A stretch of 42,586 bases of DNA from an uncultured Gammaproteobacteria bacterium (GTDB lineage Bacteria > Patescibacteriota > Microgenomatia > UBA12405 > JAHJSD01), in NCBI GenBank assembly GCA_964432015.1, contig CAYSLZ010000002.1, forward strand, positions 1 through 42,586, read 5' to 3'. The notes beneath the pieces are model-generated. The model was not told the origin of the DNA and did no database searches. It saw only the letters and a list, made by a program, of their open reading frames with translations. The stretch's first letter is position 1, and each line of letters starts with the position of its first letter. The translations under genes and the position numbers were made by a program. Positions 1 to 6,922 of the stretch are shown here, one piece after another.

Positions 1-270
1 CCAACAAATACCAGCGTTCCGGGGGCAACGAATACACCTGAGCCGACGCCGACTGAAGAGCCGAGCGGATGTAAACCTTGTCCGGATGGTAGTTATGTCG
101 ATTCCGTTGCTGATTATGATTGTGACGGTACTGTAAATATGGAAGACTTCGCTGCTTGGTACGATGATTATAAAGCAGGCAGTGATTTACTCTATGGAGA
201 CTTTAATTGTAATGGAGAATTGGATCAAGGAGATGTTACTCAGTGGTATCAGGAATTACCGAAATTTTAA
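1..270 (+). CDS. C-terminal fragment of a secreted protein ending in a dockerin-like module (5' end outside window)
   Basis: Frame 1 is open from the window edge to TAA 268-270. It encodes a Pro/Thr linker (TNTPEPTPTEEPSG), then two Ca-loop-like repeats, DCDGTVNMEDF and DFNCNGELDQGDV, as in dockerin EF-hand pairs. Confidence 0.55.
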   Translation, partial: PTNTSVPGATNTPEPTPTEEPSGCKPCPDGSYVDSVADYDCDGTVNMEDFAAWYDDYKAGSDLLYGDFNCNGELDQGDVTQWYQELPKF

Positions 271-279
271 TAAAATACT

Positions 280-1398
280 ATGAAAAAACATAATAAAGAA
301 AAAATATTAGCTTTACTTTTTATAATGCCATTGTTGGCTGTTATTGCCGGTTTGGTTTTAGTTCAGCAAACACAAGAATTACGGCGGCGAGCTGCCTATG
401 GCGAAATAAACGTCCAGCTTTTACCTAGTGAACAAGAAGTAGAACTTGATGAGGAAACAGTTAATGTTCGGGTTCAGGTTTTACCGGATGAATTTTTGGT
501 CAGCGGTGGAAAATTTGGTATAAGTTATGACCCGAATATTTTAGAATTTCAATCATTTAATCTTAATGAAAAATATAATGGTTTATCACAAGCTTCAGAT
601 GAAGGTGTTGTTGAGACCGTTTCTTATTTAAAATCCGACCAGGAAGCGCCGACAGAAACTTTTAATTTAGTTACCTTAACTTTTAATTTGGTGAGTGAAG
701 GTTCAACAACTTTGTCTAAAACTGGAGAAGTTTCTTATGTTGGTTCAAGAGGGAGAGAGGGGCTAATGGATCGGGTTTTAAGTATTAATTCATTTACTAA
801 GTCAGAAGTTGATGTTTTAGCTGGTGAGCCGACACCGATTCCAACAGAACCACCTTCTGGTTGGCCGGAATTAAGCTTCAAAGTTAAATTTAGTGGAACA
901 AACTATCGAGTTGGTGATCAGGAAATAGTTGTCGATGATATTGGGACGCGTCCTGTAGACATAATTGTTAAAGGAAATGGAATTAACCAGAAGTATAAGG
1001 ATGTTATGGTTGAATTTAATGACCAAGCAGTAGGTGAAGGATATCTGGAATTAGTTGGAGTTGAGCCGGGGGATAATTATGCTGTCTTGATAAAAGGGCC
1101 GGTTCATTTAGCCCGTAGATTTTGTGTTGAAGAACAAGTAGAACACTGTTGGCTGGGTGAAGAGGAAATTAGTCTTCAGCCAGGAGAGAATAGCTTTGAT
1201 TGGACCGGGCTGAATCTAGAGCCAGGTGATATTGACCAGAATGGTGTGGTTAATAGCTCTGATTTCACAACCTTAAAACAGGCTTTAATGAGGAAAGGTG
1301 ATATTCAGGAAGATATTAATTTTAATGGTATAGTTAATGGGCAGGATATAACCTTTTTCTTACAAACACTGAGTACTAAATATGAAGATGAAATCTAA
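280..1398 (+). CDS. Membrane-anchored cohesin-domain protein with C-terminal dockerin
   Basis: N-terminal TM helix (ILALLFIMPLLAVIAGLVLV). Cohesin-like beta module (VNVRVQVLPDEFLVSGGKFGISYDPNILEF ... FNLVTLTFNLVSEGSTTL). PT linker and second beta domain. C-terminal duplicated GDIDQNGVVNSSDF / DINFNGIVNGQDI dockerin loops. Confidence 0.65.
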   Translation: MKKHNKEKILALLFIMPLLAVIAGLVLVQQTQELRRRAAYGEINVQLLPSEQEVELDEETVNVRVQVLPDEFLVSGGKFGISYDPNILEFQSFNLNEKYNGLSQASDEGVVETVSYLKSDQEAPTETFNLVTLTFNLVSEGSTTLSKTGEVSYVGSRGREGLMDRVLSINSFTKSEVDVLAGEPTPIPTEPPSGWPELSFKVKFSGTNYRVGDQEIVVDDIGTRPVDIIVKGNGINQKYKDVMVEFNDQAVGEGYLELVGVEPGDNYAVLIKGPVHLARRFCVEEQVEHCWLGEEEISLQPGENSFDWTGLNLEPGDIDQNGVVNSSDFTTLKQALMRKGDIQEDINFNGIVNGQDITFFLQTLSTKYEDEI

Positions 1399-1449
1399 CA
1401 CTTGAAAAAGGTACTTAAAAAATGTTATTAATTAATATAAGGAGAAAAA

Positions 1450-2031
1450 ATGAAATTAAATTTAAAAAAATCTAAATGGTTAGTTCCGGCTTTGGCTTTA
1501 TTAATTATTATAGAGAGTGTTCTAGTTGTTAATAGTTTGGGAACAAGCGGAGAATTTAAAACTAAAGTGCCAAGTTTGACAAAGGTTGCCGAAGAGGAAA
1601 ATCCGGCTATTATTAGTTTTCAAGGTGAAAAAGAAGCGGCTGTCGGCGAGGAGTCAAGTGTGAAAGTAGTAATGACAGCCTTAAAGAACTTGAATTTAGA
1701 TGGGGTTGATGTTTATTTAAAATACAATCCGGAAGAAGTAGAGATAATCGGGGTTGACCCGACCGATGAATTTTCTTTTGTTGCCAGAAATTGGATAGAG
1801 CCGGAGAAAGAAAGGGTTCTAGTATCTTTGGTAGAGCCGGAAGCTCCAAAGGGGGTTAATTTTGAGCCGGGCAGTCAAACTACTTTGGCTTTGGTTGAAT
1901 TTAAACCGCTTACTTCCGGGCAGACAACGCTTGAAATTTATGCTCCAAAGGGAGCCGAAGGGACAGTTCTTGCTGGGGAAGGTGAAGAATTTGAATTCAG
2001 CAAGGAGGACTTTATCTTAAATGTTGATTGA
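1450..2031 (+). CDS. Membrane-anchored single-cohesin protein
   Basis: AAGGAG RBS at 1439-1444. TM helix (WLVPALALLIIIESVLVV). Cohesin-like strands (SSVKVVMTALKNLNLDGVDVYLKYNPEEVEIIGV ... TTLALVEFKPLTSGQTTLEI). TGA stop. Confidence 0.6.
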   Translation: MKLNLKKSKWLVPALALLIIIESVLVVNSLGTSGEFKTKVPSLTKVAEEENPAIISFQGEKEAAVGEESSVKVVMTALKNLNLDGVDVYLKYNPEEVEIIGVDPTDEFSFVARNWIEPEKERVLVSLVEPEAPKGVNFEPGSQTTLALVEFKPLTSGQTTLEIYAPKGAEGTVLAGEGEEFEFSKEDFILNVD

Positions 2032-2038
2032 TAATAAT

Positions 2039-2710
2039 ATGAGAAAGCTTTTAAGAAAGGTGATTTTTCCTTTAGTTGTTTTTATTGGCTTATGGCAGGT
2101 GGGTGCTGTGTCAGCTAGTGCTGGTCCTCGGCTTCATTTCCAGCCGGATAGCGGCAATTATAATGTTGGTGATAATTTTGATGTTGTTGTCAAAATTGAT
2201 ACCGGTGATAAAGAGGCAATGGCGGTTGACGCTCTGGTTAGTTTTGACCAGAATAAATTGGAAGTTAATCAAGTGAGCACCGGCGATTTTTTTCCGGGTT
2301 TTGATTACAACATTGAAAACAGCAATGGCAAGTTAACAATTTATTCTTTTTCAGAACAGGCTTTGATGACCAAAAGTGGAGTAGGGGACATTGCAACAAT
2401 AACTTTTGAAGCAACAGCGGAAGGAACAGCAGAAACAACCTTTCTTTGTCAATCTGGAGTGGATACCGATTCTGCAATTTGGGACCAACAGGGTAATGAT
2501 TTGATTGACTGTGCTGCCTGCGGCAGTGGAAGTTACACAATTGGTAAAACTACTACAGCTAATACACCTACTCCAGAACCGACAACAGCGCCGGAGGCGC
2601 CAACACCAACTCCTAGTAGTTTGCCAGAAACCGGAATAGAAACGCCTTTAATAATTGCCGCCCTCGGAGGCGGGATTATGTTATTATTTAGCTGGATGTT
2701 AGCGTTATGA
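2039..2710 (+). CDS. Secreted cohesin-domain protein with LPXTG (LPETG) sortase anchor
   Basis: The ORF track starts at 2021. ATG 2039 gives a classical signal peptide (MRKLLRKVIFPLVVFIGLWQVGAVSASA). Cohesin-like module (NVGDNFDVVVKIDTGDKEAMAVDALVSFDQNKLEV ... GDIATITFEATAEGTAETTF). PT linker, then LPETG (2621-2635) plus a hydrophobic tail. Confidence 0.7.
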   Translation: MRKLLRKVIFPLVVFIGLWQVGAVSASAGPRLHFQPDSGNYNVGDNFDVVVKIDTGDKEAMAVDALVSFDQNKLEVNQVSTGDFFPGFDYNIENSNGKLTIYSFSEQALMTKSGVGDIATITFEATAEGTAETTFLCQSGVDTDSAIWDQQGNDLIDCAACGSGSYTIGKTTTANTPTPEPTTAPEAPTPTPSSLPETGIETPLIIAALGGGIMLLFSWMLAL

Positions 2711-3420
2711 AAAAGAAAGTAAAAACAGTTATTATTGTTGTTATTTTGCTTTTAGTAGGCGTTTTGGCTGCTGTCGGGGTAAGGACGGCAAGAACTTATT
2801 TAAGTGGTGCTTCTGGTGGTAAGGAACCGCAGAATGTTCGGGTTGAGGCAGATGTTAAGTCGGCAACAGTTACTTGGCAAACAGACAATGAGGTACAGGG
2901 TACTGTCGAGTATGGAACAACACCGGCCAGTTTGTTATTAAGAGCATTGGAAAACCAGCCGAGTACAACCCATCGGGTAGTTTTATCACCCTTGAAGGAA
3001 GCAACGACATATTATTTTCGAGTTCGGGTAGGTGATGAAGTATTTGATAATAACGGTATTCCTTATTCTTTTAAAACAAAGCAGGGTGAAGGAACAGCAG
3101 GTGAAACACAACCGGTTGAACCGACACAGTCAGCTGAACGACCAACACAACCAGACGAGTCACCAACACAGTCAGCTGAACGACCAACACAACCAGACGA
3201 ACCAACAGCAACTGAAGCTGTTGAGCCGACAACGACTGTTGAACCAACGGAAGTACCTGATGAAACTTCGGAAAGTACTGAGTCGGCAACAAAAGTGACC
3301 AGCTGTGATAAATCTGAATTTAAAGAGAAATTTGGTACCAGCGATTCCGAATATGACTTTGATGATAATGGGGTAGTCAATAGTCGTGACTGGATTCAAT
3401 GTCTTAACCAGAATAAATAA
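2707..3420 (+). CDS. Membrane-anchored FN3-like protein with a repeat linker and a single dockerin-like loop
   Basis: ATGA overlap with the upstream gene. TM helix. FN3 / purple-acid-phosphatase-N-like segment (VTWQTDNEVQGTVEYGTTP...THRVVLSPLKEATTYYFRV). Duplicated PTQSAERPTQPDE linker. C-terminal DFDDNGVVNSRDW loop. Confidence 0.5.
   Translation: MKKKVKTVIIVVILLLVGVLAAVGVRTARTYLSGASGGKEPQNVRVEADVKSATVTWQTDNEVQGTVEYGTTPASLLLRALENQPSTTHRVVLSPLKEATTYYFRVRVGDEVFDNNGIPYSFKTKQGEGTAGETQPVEPTQSAERPTQPDESPTQSAERPTQPDEPTATEAVEPTTTVEPTEVPDETSESTESATKVTSCDKSEFKEKFGTSDSEYDFDDNGVVNSRDWIQCLNQNK
3121..3204 (+). repeat. 42-nt tandem duplication (2 copies) inside the linker of CDS 2707-3420
   Basis: ccgacacagtcagctgaacgaccaacacaaccagacgagtca is followed by a near-identical copy. 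It encodes PTQSAERPTQPDES/P twice. Confidence 0.9.
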
Positions 3421-3506
3421 AGAAGCAAGTTAAATTTTGATTATTGTTCTTCAATAAATTCTTTGTTACACTAATAATAAGATTTGAAGGGAGGTGCATT
3501 TATGCA

Positions 3507-3680
3507 ATGCCGCTTGTTGTCAAAAGAAAAAAAGGAGAGTCTATACATGATATGCTTAACCGGTTTTATCAGCTAATTAAACAAACGAATATTATTGAGG
3601 AAATTAGGGAAAAACAAGAGTTTGTTAAGCCTTCTCAAAAAAGGCACGAAAAAAAGAAGGCTTTAGAAAGGAGCAACTAA
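3507..3680 (+). CDS. rpsU: 30S ribosomal protein S21
   Basis: MPLVVKRKKGESIHDMLNRF... is a typical S21 N-terminus. GAAGGGAGG RBS lies about 11 nt upstream of ATG 3507. The track ORF start at 3444 is an upstream extension. Confidence 0.85.
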   Translation: MPLVVKRKKGESIHDMLNRFYQLIKQTNIIEEIREKQEFVKPSQKRHEKKKALERSN

Positions 3681-3681
3681 A

Positions 3682-4116
3682 ATGGAATTAATGGAAGAAA
3701 TAAAAAAGGATGTTCAAGAGGCAGTAAGAGAAGGTAAAAAGTCTTTAGCCAGTAGTCTAAAATATCTCTATTCTCTTCTTCAAGCCCAAGAAGCCAGAGA
3801 AGGTGATTTTCAGCCAATCAAAATACTTCAGAAAGAAATGAAAGCAAAAAAGGAGGCTTTAAAAATGTTTGAGAAGGCAGGTCGTCAAGATTTAGTTGAA
3901 AATGAGAAAGAGGAAATTAGAATATTGCAAAAATATTTGCCAGAGATGATGTCCGAAGAGGAAATAGAAGCAGTAGTTGTGGAAGTGATGTCCAAGCTTA
4001 AGGCGCCTAGTTTTGGTCAGGTAATGGGTATGGTCATGGCTAAGGTTAAAGGTAAGGCAGAAGGCTCTAAAGTTGCCCAAGTAGTTAAAAACAAGCTGAA
4101 AGATAATCGTGAATAG
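3682..4116 (+). CDS. yqeY: GatB/YqeY domain protein
   Basis: 144 aa with the full-length YqeY pattern (IKKDVQEAVREGKK ... EIRILQKYLPEMMSEEEIEAVV ... FGQVMGMVMAKVKGKAEGSKV). Confidence 0.8.
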   Translation: MELMEEIKKDVQEAVREGKKSLASSLKYLYSLLQAQEAREGDFQPIKILQKEMKAKKEALKMFEKAGRQDLVENEKEEIRILQKYLPEMMSEEEIEAVVVEVMSKLKAPSFGQVMGMVMAKVKGKAEGSKVAQVVKNKLKDNRE

Positions 4117-4477
4117 CAAACAGCGTATATTAATTAAAAAAGACCCCCGCTATCCGTTAGATGTAAAAGAAATGCGGGAAATTGTTAAGGATATTTTGAA
4201 AGAATATGATTTGGCCGAAGAAATTGAGTTGAGTGTTAATTTTGTTGGTAAAAGAAAGGCTAAAAATTTAAATAAGGATTATCGTGATATGGATTATATT
4301 CCGAAAGTATTAGCTTTTCCAATGGAAGAGCAGTCTCCTGAAGGAAGAAAGCTACTCGGAGATGTTGTTGTTTGTTTTCCTTTGGCCAGAAAAGAGGCAC
4401 GACAGCGTAAACGTATGGTCAACGAAATCATTGAAGAATTATTAGAACATGGAATAGATAATTTAATTACTAATTGA
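4109..4477 (+). CDS. YbeY-like protein, C-terminally short, lacking the complete H..H.....H zinc motif
   Basis: GTG start overlapping yqeY. YbeY-like core (LSVNFVGKRKAKNLNKDYRDMDYIPKVLAFP ... GDVVVCFPLA). It ends ...LLEHGIDNLITN, directly where HGxLHLxGYDH would be expected. Confidence 0.5.
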   Translation: MNSKQRILIKKDPRYPLDVKEMREIVKDILKEYDLAEEIELSVNFVGKRKAKNLNKDYRDMDYIPKVLAFPMEEQSPEGRKLLGDVVVCFPLARKEARQRKRMVNEIIEELLEHGIDNLITN

Positions 4478-4489
4478 ACTCTCAGCGTT

Positions 4490-4513
4490 GTAATAGCAGA
4501 CTCTAGTCTGCGT
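4490..4513 (+). repeat. Copy 1 of a 24-nt post-stop hairpin element, GTAATAGCAGACTCTAGTCTGCGT
   Basis: Stem GCAGACT/AGTCTGC. It starts 12 nt after the ybeY-like stop. See copies at 6352, 33351(-) and 39096(-). Confidence 0.85.
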
Positions 4514-4568
4514 CACGCAAGCTGAAGCACGAAACAATTTCAAAATTATTAATTTTAAAATTTTTAAT

Positions 4569-6041
4569 ATGTATTTTTTAAAATATCGACCACAAACAAT
4601 TGAGGAACTAGATTTAAAAGACGTTCGACAGGAGCTAAAAAATATTTTAAAAAAAAGCTCTATTCCGCAAGCCTTTTTATTTGCCGGACCAAAAGGTACG
4701 GGAAAAACTTCAGCCGCTCGAATTTTAGCTAAGACGGTTAATTGTCTTAATACAAGAAAAAAGAAAAAAAAACAGAAAAAAAAGAAATTTATTGAACCCT
4801 GTAATCAGTGTGACGTATGTCAGGAAATTACCCGGGGAACAAGTTTAGATGTAGTTGAAATTGACGCCGCTTCTAACCGCGGTATTGATGATATTCGGGA
4901 ATTGAAAGAAAAAATCGGTTTAGCTCCTATTAAGGCAAAATACAAAGTTTATATAATCGATGAGGTGCACATGTTAACCAACCAGGCGTTTAATGCTTTG
5001 TTAAAAACACTGGAGGAGCCGCCGAGTCATGTCATTTTTATACTCTGTACAACAGACCCGGATAAAATTATCCCGACGGTATTGTCGAGATTAATGCGGA
5101 TTGATTTTCACCGCGGTTCGAGTGAAGAAGTTAAAAGAAGCCTAAAAAAAGTAATTTCCGGAGAGAATTTAAAAGTTGATAAAAGAGTAATTGAAAATAT
5201 TGTCCGCTTGTCAGAAGGAGGTTTTCGGGATGCCCAAAAAATATTGGAAAATTTAGTTTTAAGTTTAGGTGATGAAATTAAATGGAAAAAAGCTCAAACT
5301 TTGTTAGGTCATTGGGAAAAAAGAAAACCGGAAACAGTTCTTAATTTGATTGCTGATGGAGAGATTAATCAGGTAGTAAAAATAGGTGAGGATTTGGCTG
5401 AAGAAGGGGCCTCATTTAGTGATTATTTAAAGCGATTAATATCTTTGATTCAGCGTTTAATTTTAATCAAATCGGGAGTAGAAAAAGAAGATGAGTTAAA
5501 AAAATTAGCCGACAAATTTAATATTTATTCTTTAGTAGAATTATCCGATTTTTTTGGTCAAGCCGCTTATCAGCAGAAGAATACGCTTTTGCCTCAAATG
5601 CCTTTTCAACTGGCAGTGATTAAGTATTTGGGAGATAGGCCAAATGCTAAAGGCCAAACGCCTAATGCTGTTGATAAAAAAGCAAAAAAAGTTAAAGGCC
5701 AAAGGCTAAATGCTAAAGGCCAAAAGCAAATTGCTAAAGGCAGTAACATAAATTTAAAGGAAATTGAGAAAAAATGGGATGAGTTGCTCAAAGCGGTTAA
5801 GCCGATGAACCATTCAGTTGCCGCTTTTTTAAAGGCAGCTCGACCGAAGGAGGTTAACGGTAAATATTTAGTTTTGGAGGTTTTTTATCCCTTTCATAAG
5901 GAGAAGCTGGAGGAGCACCGCAATCGGCAAATTGTAGAAGAAGGAGTTGAAAAAGTGTTTAATTCTTATGTTAAGATAAAATGCATACTTGGAAACAGAA
6001 AAGAAGACTTGTATAATGCGGCAAAGGATATATTTAAATAG
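4569..6041 (+). CDS. dnaX: DNA polymerase III subunit gamma/tau
   Basis: YRPQTIEEL, Walker A GPKGTGKTS, CNQCDVCQ zinc module, VVEIDAASNRGIDDIRELK, IIDEVHMLT, LLKTLEEPP and SRL sensor motifs. Confidence 0.9.
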   Translation: MYFLKYRPQTIEELDLKDVRQELKNILKKSSIPQAFLFAGPKGTGKTSAARILAKTVNCLNTRKKKKKQKKKKFIEPCNQCDVCQEITRGTSLDVVEIDAASNRGIDDIRELKEKIGLAPIKAKYKVYIIDEVHMLTNQAFNALLKTLEEPPSHVIFILCTTDPDKIIPTVLSRLMRIDFHRGSSEEVKRSLKKVISGENLKVDKRVIENIVRLSEGGFRDAQKILENLVLSLGDEIKWKKAQTLLGHWEKRKPETVLNLIADGEINQVVKIGEDLAEEGASFSDYLKRLISLIQRLILIKSGVEKEDELKKLADKFNIYSLVELSDFFGQAAYQQKNTLLPQMPFQLAVIKYLGDRPNAKGQTPNAVDKKAKKVKGQRLNAKGQKQIAKGSNINLKEIEKKWDELLKAVKPMNHSVAAFLKAARPKEVNGKYLVLEVFYPFHKEKLEEHRNRQIVEEGVEKVFNSYVKIKCILGNRKEDLYNAAKDIFK

Positions 6042-6059
6042 ATTGAAAGGAGGTGGATT

Positions 6060-6338
6060 ATGGCATTTGATAAATTCAAAAAATTAGGAAAACTAAAAAA
6101 ATTACGAGATGATGCAATGAAAATGAAAAAAGCCCTTAGTAAAGAAGAGGTTGAAATCGAGGAAAAAGGTGTAAAAGTGGTTATGGACGGCACCCAGAAA
6201 TTAAAAGAAGTTTTAATTAACGGTGAAAAAAATCAAAATTTGGTGGATGCAGTCAATAAGGCAATTAAAAAGTCACAAAAAATGGCGGCTAAAAAGATGC
6301 AGGAAATGGGCGGCGGACCGTTAGAAGGGTTGATGTAA
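6060..6338 (+). CDS. ybaB: YbaB/EbfC family nucleoid-associated protein
   Basis: 92 aa, directly after dnaX, with an AGGAGG RBS. Pattern ...KMKKALSKEEVEIEEKGVKVVMDGTQKLKEVLING...AVNKAIKKSQ. Confidence 0.8.
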   Translation: MAFDKFKKLGKLKKLRDDAMKMKKALSKEEVEIEEKGVKVVMDGTQKLKEVLINGEKNQNLVDAVNKAIKKSQKMAAKKMQEMGGGPLEGLM

Positions 6339-6351
6339 TTAACACGTGAAC

Positions 6352-6375
6352 GTAATAGCAGACTTCAGTCTGCGT
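6352..6375 (+). repeat. Copy 2 of the 24-nt post-stop hairpin element, GTAATAGCAGACTTCAGTCTGCGT
   Basis: Differs from copy 1 only at the two apical positions. It starts 13 nt after the ybaB stop. Confidence 0.85.
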
Positions 6376-6382
6376 TGTATTT

Positions 6383-6922
6383 ATGTCAAATAAACCTAAA
6401 ATTTTATCTAATACTGTTAAAGGGATAGGAAAATTGGCCGGTGAAACAGTAAAAGAAGCAACAAAACAAGCCGGTAAAACAGCCGAGGATGCGGCTGGAG
6501 AGTTGATTGGAAGCAGTAAAAGCAGTGATGATAAAACAAAGGGAGACAATAGTCTTCAGCAGTTGAAAGAAATGAATAAGGACAAAAGCGATAAGGAAAT
6601 AGCGGAATTAATGGAAAGTATTAAAGAGGATAAGCCGGATAAGCCAAAAGTTAGTCCGAAGAAGTCTCCTCAAGTTGGCGGCCGTGACGTGGATAAAGAA
6701 ATCCAAGATGTGCGAAATAAAAAAGAGAAAAAAGAAAAGGAGGAAGAACAGCTCTTAGAAGAGATGAAAAAACAGCGGGAGGCAGAAAAGCAGCAGGCTG
6801 AAAAAGAAGCCCAAATAGCTGGTAATGGTCCATTAAACCAGACCGGCAGTAAAAAGAAAAGGGGAACAGCATTAATTCAGCAAAGAGGTAAGAGCAGGGA
6901 GATAAAAGGTGGTAAAAATTAA
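6383..6922 (+). CDS. Hypothetical Lys/Glu-rich low-complexity protein
   Basis: Long ORF with no recognisable domain. The highly charged composition suggests disorder. Its 3' end overlaps cysS. Confidence 0.4.
   Translation: MSNKPKILSNTVKGIGKLAGETVKEATKQAGKTAEDAAGELIGSSKSSDDKTKGDNSLQQLKEMNKDKSDKEIAELMESIKEDKPDKPKVSPKKSPQVGGRDVDKEIQDVRNKKEKKEKEEEQLLEEMKKQREAEKQQAEKEAQIAGNGPLNQTGSKKKRGTALIQQRGKSREIKGGKN

Noticed and set aside
1613-3399. Track ORFs 1613-1849(-), 2076-2276(+), 2265-2540(-), 3032-3298(+), 3063-3380(-), 3071-3292(-) and 3172-3399(-)
   Set aside because: All lie inside, antisense to, or out of frame with the cohesin/dockerin genes. Their translations are low-complexity and are explained by the PT-linker and 42-nt repeat composition. 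None has an RBS or domain.
4757-4784. Programmed -1 frameshift producing a DnaX gamma subunit at the A AAA AAG sites
   Set aside because: The sites lie at codons about 63-72, inside the ATPase domain. A -1 shift meets a stop after about 10 codons and would yield a non-functional peptide, unlike the E. coli gamma site near codon 430.
3892-6872. Track ORFs 3892-4119(-), 5606-5791(-), 5966-6193(-), 6289-6549(-) and 6651-6872(-)
   Set aside because: These are antisense shadows of purine-rich coding genes (yqeY, dnaX, ybaB, the K/E-rich ORF). Their Phe/Leu/Ser-rich translations are typical of reverse-strand artefacts.
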